Origin: Candidatus Limiplasma sp.
Lineage (GTDB): Bacteria; Bacillota; Clostridia; Christensenellales; Aristaeellaceae
Direction: 5' to 3'
DNA length: 64,000 bases
Assembly: GCA_963664595.2 (NCBI GenBank)
Contig: CAXXOK010000007.1
Coordinates: forward strand, 293,287 to 357,286
Below the pieces are notes generated by a model. The model made no database searches. It worked only from the letters and a program-made list of their open reading frames with translations, and had not been told where the DNA came from. Shown piece after piece: positions 55,726 to 64,000 of the stretch (position 1 is its first letter; every line of letters begins with the position of its first letter). The translations under genes and the position numbers were made by a program.

Positions 55726-56559
55726 TTAATATTCGATCTGCTGTGCCTGCGATCCGTTGGACACGGACGCGGTTTGCTGCTGAGGCGCTGCGGAAGCTTT
55801 TTGAGCGTTCACCGCTGCGTTGATTTCCGCCGCGCGCCTTGCCTGGTCTGCCGCAAGCTGCAGGTCTGTTTCGGTTAATCCGTCCCGTTTGAGCATCTGC
55901 TCAAGCACATCAATGTCCGTGGTAATGTCCAGTACATCGTCCTGATACAGCTTGTTGAGCAGCTTCTGACAGCCCTTGATCACAGTCCCCAGTGCGTCGT
56001 CGATACGCTGGCGGGCCTCGATGATTTCGCTGCCGCTGAGGCCACGCTCATTGAAGGTGCGGTACGTACGGACGATTTTCAGCGTGGTGGGCAGATAATA
56101 CTCCATAAATTTGCGGATCTGCGGGGCCTTTTCGGGCTTATCATGCACGGTGCGGAAAATCTCCCCGCACAGGATTTCCAGCTGCGCCAGCTTATCGGTC
56201 AGCAGCGCGTCGGGAATCTTCATGTTTTCCTCGCGGATCTGCAAAATGGTCTGCCGTCCCTTTTCCAGCAGGGAATCCACCTCGGTGTTGCCGGTTTTCT
56301 CCACAGGCGGGGGCGTAACGGGCATGGCCTCGCGCGCTTTGCGTTCCTTGCTCTGGTTGTTGTTGGGGGTCAGATCAAGGCTGGTGGCCATGGAGCGTAC
56401 AACGGAGCTCACAATACCTGCTAGAATAAAGCTGCCGATCAGGCCGCCGAACCCTCTGAAGCCAAGTAATAAAAAGCATACGGCAAACGTGATGCCAAAA
56501 GCTGTGCTTCCGGCCTTTTTCCCCTTTGCCTGCTGTTGTTTTCTGGAGTAGTTGCTCAT
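55726..56559 (-). CDS. xpaC: XpaC-like (5-bromo-4-chloroindolyl phosphate hydrolysis) membrane protein
   Basis: Two N-terminal TM helices, then FMEYYLPTTLKIVRTY, characteristic of the XpaC family. Confidence 0.75.
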   Translation of the reverse strand: MSNYSRKQQQAKGKKAGSTAFGITFAVCFLLLGFRGFGGLIGSFILAGIVSSVVRSMATSLDLTPNNNQSKERKAREAMPVTPPPVEKTGNTEVDSLLEKGRQTILQIREENMKIPDALLTDKLAQLEILCGEIFRTVHDKPEKAPQIRKFMEYYLPTTLKIVRTYRTFNERGLSGSEIIEARQRIDDALGTVIKGCQKLLNKLYQDDVLDITTDIDVLEQMLKRDGLTETDLQLAADQARRAAEINAAVNAQKASAAPQQQTASVSNGSQAQQIEY

Positions 56560-56789
56560 GGTTTCTCCTCTGCCTCATTCCGGTTGATTTGCTTACGTTC
56601 GTCTTCCAGAGTATAGCATATTCCGTGAGGCAAGAAAAGACAAAACGCTTCAAATCTGCTGAGGAAAGGATGAACGCAACATTAGAATGCTCTGTGCCGA
56701 CAAATCGCCTTCCCGCCGCTGTGCCAATGCCTGCCGCAGCAAGGCGCGTACTTCTACATTAGAATACAATGAACCCGCCCCTGTGCGCG

Positions 56790-56818
56790 TTGACAATCAC
56801 CGGTCATTGGCATATGAT
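56790..56818 (+). promoter_or_regulatory. Promoter TTGACA-17-TATGAT for the oxidoreductase operon
   Basis: ttgaca at 56790-56795, 17 nt, tatgat at 56813-56818. Confidence 0.6.
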
Positions 56819-56863
56819 AAACAACGAAAAACAACGGCTTATTACCGGAAGGGAGGCGGAATA

Positions 56864-57070
56864 ATGGCTTCGGTCACCGTCAAAGAAGATTTATGCAAAG
56901 GCTGCGGGCTGTGCGTAGATGCCTGCCCCAAAAAAATAATGCAGCTGAACACTACACACATTAATAAGAAGGGCTACCACACCGCGCATTGCGTCGCAAT
57001 GTCGGAGTGCATCGGCTGTGCTTTTTGCGCCATGATGTGCCCGGATGTGGCAATCCTCGTTGAAAAATGA
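56864..57070 (+). CDS. 2-oxoacid:ferredoxin oxidoreductase delta subunit (2x[4Fe-4S] ferredoxin)
   Basis: The ATG at 56864 follows GGAAGGGAGG. 68 aa with CKGCGLCVDACP and CIGCAFCAMMCP. Confidence 0.9.
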   Translation: MASVTVKEDLCKGCGLCVDACPKKIMQLNTTHINKKGYHTAHCVAMSECIGCAFCAMMCPDVAILVEK

Positions 57071-57100
57071 TCACGGCATTCGCCGGGAAGGAAAGAACGC

Positions 57101-59056
57101 ATGAAGAAACTCATGAAAGGCAACGAAGCGATTGCCGAGGCGGCCGTGCAGGCCGGATGCAAGTTTTTTTTCGGCTATCCCATCACGCCGCAGAATGAAA
57201 TCCCTGAATATATGTCCAGACGTCTGCCGGAGGTGGGCGGCTGTTTTCTGCAGGCGGAAAGCGAAGTAGCCGCCATTAATATGGTGTACGGTGCGGGCGG
57301 TGCGGGCGCACGCGTGATGACCAGCTCCTCCAGCCCCGGGATCAGCCTCAAGCAGGAGGGCATCAGCTATATCGCAGGCGCGGAAGTGCCCTGCGTTATC
57401 GTCAACATCATGCGCGGCGGCCCCGGTCTGGGCGGCATTCAGCCTGCCCAGAGCGATTATTACCAGGCCACCCGCGGCGGCGGGCACGGCGACTACCGCA
57501 TGTGCGTGCTGGCGCCTTCCAGCGTGCAGGAGGCCGTGGACTTAACCAAGAACGCCTTCACCATCGCCGACCGCTACCGCAGCCCCGTGCTGGTACTGGG
57601 CGACGGCATGATCGGCCAGATGATGGAGCCCGTGGATATGGAAAAGGAAGCCCCGTCGGCGGATGGTCTTCCCGAAAAAACCTGGGCGGCCGACGGGCAT
57701 GTGCCCACGCCGGACCGGCCCCGCAGCATCATCAACAGCCTGTTTATCGACCCGAAGGTGCTGGAGCAGCACTGTTTGCGCCTGGAAGCCAAATACCGCA
57801 CCATCGCTGAGAACGAGTGCCGCTGGCAGGAGGAAATGCTGGACGACGCCGAGGTTGTGCTCGTAGCCTACGGCACCACCAGCCGTATCTGCCGAAGCGC
57901 CATGCGCAAATGCCGCGAGGCGGGCCTCAAGGTAGGCATGCTGCGGCCGATCACGCTGTGGCCCTTCCCGGATCAGGCTATCCGCGCCACCCTGCCCACC
58001 GCCAAGCACTATCTGGCGGTGGAGATGAGCACCGGACAGATGGTGGACGATGTCCGCCTTGCCGTCAACGGCGAGCGTCCCGTGCACTTCTTCGGGCGTA
58101 CGGGCGGCATGGTGCCTTCCGTTTCCGAAGTGGTTGCGGAAATCAAAAAGTACGCGTCTCAGGACAGCGGTACCTGCTTTGATCTTGACCATGTCATCGA
58201 CGATATGCAGGAAAAGCTGAAAACAGCCACGGCCGAAATGAAACGTGCCCTGCACAACGCGGGCAAACAGCTGGACACAGGGGCGGCAGCCGGTTTGAAG
58301 AATACGCTGAATTCCGCTGCCGATACCGTAAAACAATCGATCAAGGGGGCAGGAAAAGTGTTTGATGAATCTTCATTTGATGAAATCGAAGCAAAGTTCA
58401 AAACCGCGCTTGACAAGATGAAGCAAAAACTGAAGGATGCCGGCGACAGGATCGACGATACCTCCTCCGACGAAATGGTGCGCAAGGTTAAGGATGCCGC
58501 CAACGCCATGGCCGCGCGGATGAAAGAAGCCGCCGGAAAAATGGGCGATCAGCTGAATAAAGCCGGTTCAGAGGCCGATTCCTCTCCGCTGAACGAAATC
58601 GAAGAGGAGCTGGACAAAGCCTCCCAGGAGCTGGACAAGGCGTTTGAAACCGCCGCCGACTCGGTGGACCAGGCTGCGGAAGAAACCGCCGAAGCCGTGG
58701 AAACCCCCGAAACCGCCGAAGAAGAAGCGGAACAGCCGGAAGCGGAAGACGCCGAAACGGACGAGCTTACGCTGGAAGAAGTCGGCAAGAAGCTGGAAGC
58801 CGCCGCAAAGCTGGTGGAAGAAAAGCTCAACGAAGCCGGGAAAAAGATCGACGAGATCCTTAACAGCCCGAAGGCCCAGAAAAAAACCGAGGATGCGGGC
58901 CGCCAGATCAACGAGTTTTTCGACCGTACGGGCAAATCCGTCGCCGGTGGCTTTGAGAGCTTTATGAAAATCGTCACCCATGCGGCGGAAACCGTAAAAA
59001 ACGATCTGAAGGACATTGAGAAGTCCAAGGATTCACAGGACAAGGAGGACAAATAA
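57101..59056 (+). CDS. 2-oxoacid:ferredoxin oxidoreductase alpha subunit (KorA/VorB-type) fused to a ~300-aa charged, repeat-containing helical C-terminal extension
   Basis: The first ~350 aa are canonical (GNEAIAEAAVQAGCKFFFGYPITPQNEI...). The ORF continues without a stop through 58157-59053. Confidence 0.85.
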   Translation: MKKLMKGNEAIAEAAVQAGCKFFFGYPITPQNEIPEYMSRRLPEVGGCFLQAESEVAAINMVYGAGGAGARVMTSSSSPGISLKQEGISYIAGAEVPCVIVNIMRGGPGLGGIQPAQSDYYQATRGGGHGDYRMCVLAPSSVQEAVDLTKNAFTIADRYRSPVLVLGDGMIGQMMEPVDMEKEAPSADGLPEKTWAADGHVPTPDRPRSIINSLFIDPKVLEQHCLRLEAKYRTIAENECRWQEEMLDDAEVVLVAYGTTSRICRSAMRKCREAGLKVGMLRPITLWPFPDQAIRATLPTAKHYLAVEMSTGQMVDDVRLAVNGERPVHFFGRTGGMVPSVSEVVAEIKKYASQDSGTCFDLDHVIDDMQEKLKTATAEMKRALHNAGKQLDTGAAAGLKNTLNSAADTVKQSIKGAGKVFDESSFDEIEAKFKTALDKMKQKLKDAGDRIDDTSSDEMVRKVKDAANAMAARMKEAAGKMGDQLNKAGSEADSSPLNEIEEELDKASQELDKAFETAADSVDQAAEETAEAVETPETAEEEAEQPEAEDAETDELTLEEVGKKLEAAAKLVEEKLNEAGKKIDEILNSPKAQKKTEDAGRQINEFFDRTGKSVAGGFESFMKIVTHAAETVKNDLKDIEKSKDSQDKEDK

Positions 59057-59057
59057 C

Positions 59058-59798
59058 TTGGCTGTTGTTTTTGATAAATCCAAGCTCCTGTGCGAAAAGC
59101 CGTTCCATTACTGCCCCGGCTGCACACACGGCATCATCCACCGCCTGGTCGCGGAAGCAATGGATGAACTGGGCATCGGCGAAACGGCCATCGGCGTCGC
59201 GCCGGTGGGCTGCGCGGTGTTTGCGTATGATTATTTCAACTGCGATATGATGGAAGCCTCCCACGGCCGAGCCCCGGCTGTGGCCACGGGCATCAAGCGT
59301 GTTTGCCCGGACAAGGCTGTGTTTACCTATCAGGGCGACGGTGACCTGGCCTCCATCGGCGCCGCGGAAATCGTACACGCGGCCACCCGCGGCGAAAAGA
59401 TTACCGTAATCTTTGTCAACAATGCCATCTACGGCATGACCGGTGGACAAATGGCCCCCACCACCCTGCCGGGCCAGGTAACCACCACCAGCCCCTACGG
59501 GCGCGATGTGAACCACTGCGGCTATCCCGTGCCTGTGAGCGAAATGCTTTCCACACTGGGCGGGGTTGCGTATATTGAGCGCGTCAGCGTACACGACGTA
59601 AAGCACGTGAAAGCGGCCAAGGCGGCCATCAAAAAAGCGTTTGCCACGCAAATGGAGGGCAAGGGCTTCACGATGGTCGAGGTGCTTTCCACCTGTCCCA
59701 CCAACTGGGGCCTGTCGCCCAAGGAATCGCTGCAATGGCTGCAGGACAATATGATCCCCGCTTACCCGCTGGGCGTGTTCAAGGGAGGCGATCAGTAA
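59058..59798 (+). CDS. 2-oxoacid:ferredoxin oxidoreductase beta subunit (TPP-binding)
   Basis: TTG at 59058, 8 nt after AAGGAGGA. YCPGCTHGIIHRL, GDGD...IG and NNAIYGMTGGQ. Confidence 0.88.
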   Translation: MAVVFDKSKLLCEKPFHYCPGCTHGIIHRLVAEAMDELGIGETAIGVAPVGCAVFAYDYFNCDMMEASHGRAPAVATGIKRVCPDKAVFTYQGDGDLASIGAAEIVHAATRGEKITVIFVNNAIYGMTGGQMAPTTLPGQVTTTSPYGRDVNHCGYPVPVSEMLSTLGGVAYIERVSVHDVKHVKAAKAAIKKAFATQMEGKGFTMVEVLSTCPTNWGLSPKESLQWLQDNMIPAYPLGVFKGGDQ

Positions 59799-60334
59799 TG
59801 GAAAAACAGTTTTTGATCGCGGGCTTCGGCGGCCAGGGCGTACTGCTGATCGGGCAGCTGATCGCCAAAGCCGCCATGCTGGAAGGCAATGAAGTGAGCT
59901 GGATGCCCAGCTACGGCCCCGAAATGCGCGGCGGCGAAGCCAACTGCGCCGTGGTGGTCAGCGACGAGGCCATCGGCTCCCCGCTGGTCAGCGAGCCGCC
60001 GATTCTGGTGGCGATGAACAAGCCCAGCCTGTCAAAGTTTATGCCCCGGATGCCCAAGGGCGGGCTGATGCTTTATAATTCCTCCCTGATTGAAAACCCT
60101 GAGCTGCGTGACGACATCCAGGTGATTGCCGTTCCCTGCAACGCTATTGCCGAATCCCTGCATCAGCCCCGGGTCGCCAACATGGTGATGCTCGGCGCGC
60201 TGCAGGCCGCCACCCAGGCTTTTTCCAGCGACAGCCTGCTCCAGGTGATGATCGCCTGGCTGGGCGAGAAGAAAGCGCACCTGCTGGATGTCAACAAGCA
60301 GGCGGTGGGCATGGGCAAAGCGCTGGTGCAGTAG
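59798..60334 (+). CDS. 2-oxoacid:ferredoxin oxidoreductase gamma subunit
   Basis: The ATG at 59798 overlaps the beta-subunit stop (TAATG). IAGFGGQGVLLIGQ..., SYGPEMRGG. Confidence 0.88.
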   Translation: MEKQFLIAGFGGQGVLLIGQLIAKAAMLEGNEVSWMPSYGPEMRGGEANCAVVVSDEAIGSPLVSEPPILVAMNKPSLSKFMPRMPKGGLMLYNSSLIENPELRDDIQVIAVPCNAIAESLHQPRVANMVMLGALQAATQAFSSDSLLQVMIAWLGEKKAHLLDVNKQAVGMGKALVQ

Positions 60335-60385
60335 CATCCGGCTTACGCAAGGCGCAATACATTACAAACGATACGATCCATCGTA

Positions 60386-60422
60386 TCAAAAGTAAAACCG
60401 GCCGCAAACCATGCGGCCGGTT
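60386..60422 (-). terminator. Rho-independent terminator after the ROK kinase gene
   Basis: 11-bp stem aaccggccgca / tgcggccggtt. The minus-strand tail is ttttactttt. Confidence 0.75.
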
Positions 60423-60447
60423 CTGCTCATCGTTTGATGGCTGCGCT

Positions 60448-61338
60448 TTACCCTTCCAACGCCCTTTTGCCCAAGAGATACGCGCCCACCAGTCCGCTGA
60501 CGGGGAACAGCACAGGCGGAACGATGTATTCGTCTATGTGCTCCAGCACCATGGGCGACTGCACATAGCCGCCCAGCAGCTCCTGCGTGCGGCGCCGGAT
60601 CATGGGAAACAACGCCCGGCGCTGCATCACGCCGCCGCCGAGAATGATGCGCTGCGGACTGACGGTTACAATCAGGTTTACGCACATCTGGGCCAGATAA
60701 TCCGCTTCGATCAAAAAGGTCGGATGATCGTCCGGCAGGTTTTTCGCGTCCCCGCCCACGCGCGCGCCGATGGCGGGTCCGGCCGCCAGCCCTTCCAGAC
60801 AGCCGTCATGGTAGGGGCACACGCCACTGGGGTTGGGATCGTCCGGATGCGGCCTGAGCAGAATGTGCCCAAGCTCCGGGTGCAGCAGCCCGTGCACCAG
60901 CTTGCCGCCGGAGAGCACCCCGCCGCCGATACCCGTGCCGACAGTGATATATACGGCATCCTGCATGCCTTTGGCCGCGCCGCGGTCCGCTTCGGCCAGC
61001 ACGGCGGCATTTACGTCGGTATCGATGGCGCAGGGAATTTGACTGTCCCCCACCAGCGCGGGCAGCAGCGGATATGTACGCCACTTCAGTTTTGGGGTGG
61101 AGGTAATATATCCATAGGTTTCGGACGCGGGATTCAGATCCAGCGGCCCGAACGAGCCTACTCCCAACGCGTCGATATGACGTTCCTCAAAAAACGCCTT
61201 CATGGCGGGCACCGTTTCCTCCGGCGAAAGCGTGGGCAGCGTCAGGCTCTCCAGCTGCCTGCCCTGCAAGTCAAACGTTGCAAGCACCATTTTGGTTCCC
61301 CCGGCCTCCAGCGCGCCGATTGTATGCATACCCGTCAA
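60448..61338 (-). CDS. ROK-family sugar kinase (fructokinase/mannokinase-like)
   Basis: 296 aa with EAGGTKMV, DTDVNAAVLAE and the ROK zinc motif CPYHDGCLEG. Confidence 0.85.
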   Translation of the reverse strand: MTGMHTIGALEAGGTKMVLATFDLQGRQLESLTLPTLSPEETVPAMKAFFEERHIDALGVGSFGPLDLNPASETYGYITSTPKLKWRTYPLLPALVGDSQIPCAIDTDVNAAVLAEADRGAAKGMQDAVYITVGTGIGGGVLSGGKLVHGLLHPELGHILLRPHPDDPNPSGVCPYHDGCLEGLAAGPAIGARVGGDAKNLPDDHPTFLIEADYLAQMCVNLIVTVSPQRIILGGGVMQRRALFPMIRRRTQELLGGYVQSPMVLEHIDEYIVPPVLFPVSGLVGAYLLGKRALEG

Positions 61339-61389
61339 CTCCTTTTGTCGTGTTCCCTCATCATATCAAAATCACCCGCTAAAAACAAC

Positions 61390-61419
61390 TTGACGAATGC
61401 GGCTTGCGTACAGTACAAT
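61390..61419 (+). promoter_or_regulatory. Promoter TTGACG-18-TACAAT for whiA
   Basis: ttgacg at 61390-61395 and tacaat at 61414-61419. Confidence 0.45.
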
Positions 61420-61507
61420 ACCCCCATAAAAACAAGGCTGTTTGCGTCGATCAGGATTGCTGATATTTGATCGGCTGTTTGGTATAAATGTCTGCGAAAG
61501 GATCCGT

Positions 61508-62455
61508 ATGTCTTTTTCCTCCGATTGCAAGGAAGAATTATGCCGTGTTCCCTGTGAGAAGCCATGCTGCCGTATGGCCGAGCTTACCGCGCTGTACCTG
61601 AGCGTGGGATCGCTGACGCTGCTGGGGCAGGGCAAGCTCAGCATCCGCTTCACGGCGGACAGCCCGGCCGTTGCCCGCAGAATTTACCAGCTGATCCAAA
61701 AGGAAACACAGATCACGGCGCAGCTGCACTGCGTAACCCATGCGCGGTTCGGCGGCACACGCGACTATGTGCTGACGCTTGGCCCCAACGACGCACCCTT
61801 GCTTTTACACAGGTTTGATATGGCAACCCCCGGTCCGGCCCCCATGCTGTACTCCATGCATCCGCGCATCCGGCTCACCCGTACGTGCTGCCGTTATGCC
61901 TTCCTGCGCGGCGCGTTTTTGGGGTGCGGTACGCTGGTGAACCCCCACAGCGCGTATCACCTGGAGTTCACCATTCGGGAAGAAAAGCTGCGCCGGAGCA
62001 TCATCAAATGCCTGCAGAGCCTGGATATCCCCGTTAAGGAAACCAAGCGCAAAAAAGCCGTCAATCTGTATGTCAAGCAGAGCGAGCATATCATCACCAT
62101 GCTTACCGTCACAGGCGCCCATCAAACCGTGACAACGCTGGAAAGCCTGCTGGTAAGGCGGCAGGTGCTGGGCCATGTGAACCGCGCCATGAACTGCGAT
62201 TATGCCAATCTGCAAAAGCAAACCAACGCCGGCTCGGAGCAAATCCGGCTGATTGAACAGCTGCTCGCTTCCGACCAATTTTCCGCTTTGCCCCCGGGAC
62301 TGCAGGAACTGGCGCAGGCGCGCCTGCAGGCACCCGATATAAGCCTTGCGGAGCTTGGACTGCGGATGAGCCCCCCGATCAGCAAAAGCGGCGTAAACAA
62401 CCGCATGAGAAGATTGATGCAAATCGCGCGGGAAACAACAGACGAAACCCCTTGA
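61508..62455 (+). CDS. whiA: DNA-binding sporulation/cell-division regulator WhiA
   Basis: The ATG at 61508 gives MSFSSDCKEEL...CC..AEL.AL. LAGLIDADG-like core plus C-terminal HTH (ISKSGVNNRMRRL). Confidence 0.9.
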   Translation: MSFSSDCKEELCRVPCEKPCCRMAELTALYLSVGSLTLLGQGKLSIRFTADSPAVARRIYQLIQKETQITAQLHCVTHARFGGTRDYVLTLGPNDAPLLLHRFDMATPGPAPMLYSMHPRIRLTRTCCRYAFLRGAFLGCGTLVNPHSAYHLEFTIREEKLRRSIIKCLQSLDIPVKETKRKKAVNLYVKQSEHIITMLTVTGAHQTVTTLESLLVRRQVLGHVNRAMNCDYANLQKQTNAGSEQIRLIEQLLASDQFSALPPGLQELAQARLQAPDISLAELGLRMSPPISKSGVNNRMRRLMQIARETTDETP

Positions 62456-62474
62456 TATCATAGGAGGAACCATT

Positions 62475-62756
62475 ATGATCCGCACACGGATTGATCTCAA
62501 ACCGCTTCTGCCCTTCACCCGGGTGCTGGCGGCGGAACTGGCGACCATCGGCGGCCATTACGAATGCAGCGTAACGCTGGAGCAGGATGGCTTGGCCGTC
62601 AACCTGAAAAGCATGCTGGGCATGCTCTCCCAAACCATGAAACCCTCGGCCGATATCACCCTCGTTGCCGACGGCGTAGACGAAAAAGAAGCTACACAGG
62701 CGCTGCTGACGGCTATCCGGGAATACCAGGCAAGCGAGACCGCTCCCAAATCCTGA
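62475..62756 (+). CDS. HPr-family protein of the Crh type (no His15, Ser46 region retained)
   Basis: 93 aa. LLPFTRVLA replaces GLHARPA, with Phe at the His15 position. The NLKSMLGMLS Ser46 loop is present. Position after whiA is as in B. subtilis whiA-crh. Confidence 0.75.
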   Translation: MIRTRIDLKPLLPFTRVLAAELATIGGHYECSVTLEQDGLAVNLKSMLGMLSQTMKPSADITLVADGVDEKEATQALLTAIREYQASETAPKS

Positions 62757-62763
62757 CATCGCC

Positions 62764-63855
62764 ATGACGAACACGGCGGTTTGCGATTGGCTGATGGCCC
62801 ATGCCGACACACCGATACGCTATCGTATCGCACGTGAATTTCTGTTGGATTTTAAAACTGCACAGGCCCTCGAGCCGGAGCTTTTCAAGCATAAAGCCGT
62901 CGTGTTTTGGCTTGCTCTTTTAAAGCCTGCCTCTCCCCCGCAGCACCGTTGGATGGAGCACGGCAGCTTTGATTTCTGTCTGGAAAATGCCCTGCTCAAA
63001 GCGGTTCAGCTGGGGCTGCACGGCGGCCTTCCGCCCGTGACGGACGCGGTAGGCTTTTATCTGGATAAGCTGGAGCGCTGCGCTCCTGAAACCCTGTTTC
63101 AGGATTTTTCTGCCCTGCTCACCGTAACCCTGCTGTCGCTGGCAGAGGTGCGGCATGAGCGGGTCCGGCAGGCGATGCTGCAACGGCTGGATCATCTGCA
63201 AAGCTTCTCCCTCCATGCCGCCGATCTGTACTTTTCCGCATCCGAGCGTGCCAAGCTGACCGGCGTTCCTGCCTGCTGGAAAAACCGGGAGCACTTCATC
63301 CGCCCGGCGTTCATCCGGGAGTACGGCTTTGGCTTTCCGCTGCTGTACGACCTGGTGGGGCTGCATTCGCTGTACCGCCTGCAAGACCCGGAAACCGACC
63401 GCAAAATCGACGATATCCTGCGCTATCTGTCCACCGACGCGTTTCACCGCCTGATTGGAAACGGCTACGGCATCCTGGCAGAGGAAAACGGCGCGTACCA
63501 TTCCATGGGCTGGGATCCGAAGTATCCCGGCTGGTTTGATGTACCGGCTTATCTGCAAAGCGGCAACATGCCCCGGCTGCTGTTTTTTGCGCTGCACGCG
63601 GCCCGGTATCCCGTGGCGCGCGCCACCCGATGGTTTGCCGACTTGCTTCATTGCCTGGACACTTATCAAACCGCCGAAGGCTGCTACGCTTTCCCCGCGG
63701 AGTGGCTTGCGGAAAAAACAGGCTACGCGGTGCTGGGCAGCCATCTTTCGTTTGGGGAAAACCGCCGCAAACACGGCTGGCGCGAGATCGAATCAACCTT
63801 TTTCATGCAGCTGCTTACGCAGGACCACCGCACGGCGCAGCACGGCGCCAGTTGA
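62764..63855 (+). CDS. Hypothetical protein, helical-repeat-like, no recognised motif
   Basis: 363-aa ORF, 7 nt after the crh-like stop, with coding-like composition. Confidence 0.6.
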   Translation: MTNTAVCDWLMAHADTPIRYRIAREFLLDFKTAQALEPELFKHKAVVFWLALLKPASPPQHRWMEHGSFDFCLENALLKAVQLGLHGGLPPVTDAVGFYLDKLERCAPETLFQDFSALLTVTLLSLAEVRHERVRQAMLQRLDHLQSFSLHAADLYFSASERAKLTGVPACWKNREHFIRPAFIREYGFGFPLLYDLVGLHSLYRLQDPETDRKIDDILRYLSTDAFHRLIGNGYGILAEENGAYHSMGWDPKYPGWFDVPAYLQSGNMPRLLFFALHAARYPVARATRWFADLLHCLDTYQTAEGCYAFPAEWLAEKTGYAVLGSHLSFGENRRKHGWREIESTFFMQLLTQDHRTAQHGAS

Positions 63856-63911
63856 TAATTCTGTCTAAAAACGATATGATAGAAGCAAATCCGTAAGAGG
63901 GAGGCGGTTGC

Positions 63912-64000
63912 ATGTTCTGCCATGATTCTCATTCTCCGGAATATCGTCAGCCCATTGGCGCTGTCGTCTGCGGCGGCACGGTGACGTTGCGTTTCTTTTG
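63912..64000 (+). CDS. 5' fragment of a probable GH13 alpha-glycosidase (runs off the window)
   Basis: GAGGGAGG SD, then ATG. MFCHDSHSPEYRQPIGAVVCGGTVTLRFF resembles the N-terminal strand of GH13 neopullulanase/alpha-glycosidase proteins. From memory only. Confidence 0.4.
   Translation, partial: MFCHDSHSPEYRQPIGAVVCGGTVTLRFF

Noticed and set aside
1-64000. CRISPR arrays, tRNA/rRNA/tmRNA genes, prophage or defence-system gene sets
   Set aside because: I saw no regularly spaced direct repeats, no cloverleaf-type or rRNA-like segments in the intergenic regions, and no clusters of nuclease, ATPase, TIR, SIR2 or reverse-transcriptase genes. The only mobile gene is the IS transposase.

Overview
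GC-rich Firmicutes-type (Clostridia-like) chromosomal segment. This placement rests on gene order: asp23-amaP-DUF2273-nusB, yerC-pcrA-ligA, ecfA1-ecfA2-ecfT-truA and whiA-crh. All calls come from reading the supplied translations and the nucleotide sequence; no database search or folding program was run. Most of the window is housekeeping: nusB, rplS, pcrA, ligA, recX, lgt, malic enzyme, mreB, truA, the ECF module, nadABC, corA, uvrC, radA, a four-subunit 2-oxoacid:ferredoxin oxidoreductase and whiA. Two patches look accessory. One is a block of secreted or cell-surface proteins at 3.2-10.2 kb. The other, at 47.6-52.6 kb, holds a large SH3b/PG-binding exoprotein behind an AT-rich promoter, an IS481-like element, and about 0.9 kb of repeat- and hairpin-rich non-coding DNA. 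I found no CRISPR array, tRNA, rRNA, prophage or recognisable defence system. The strongest novelty candidate is at 52.6-54.5 kb. A glutamine-synthetase-like protein there has lost its n2-metal, ATP and phosphate-binding residues, and it sits next to an ANTAR antiterminator whose receiver lacks the phospho-acceptor Asp. This suggests an AmiC/AmiR-style nitrogen sensor-antiterminator pair. Secondary candidates are a roughly 300-aa repeat-built helical extension fused to the oxidoreductase alpha subunit, a riboflavin-kinase::EcfA1 fusion, an ECF S-component translationally coupled to a P-loop kinase, and a long corA leader with a well-signalled 32-codon uORF plus a terminator/SD-sequestering hairpin. 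Promoter and terminator calls are by-eye consensus matches and are of moderate confidence only.
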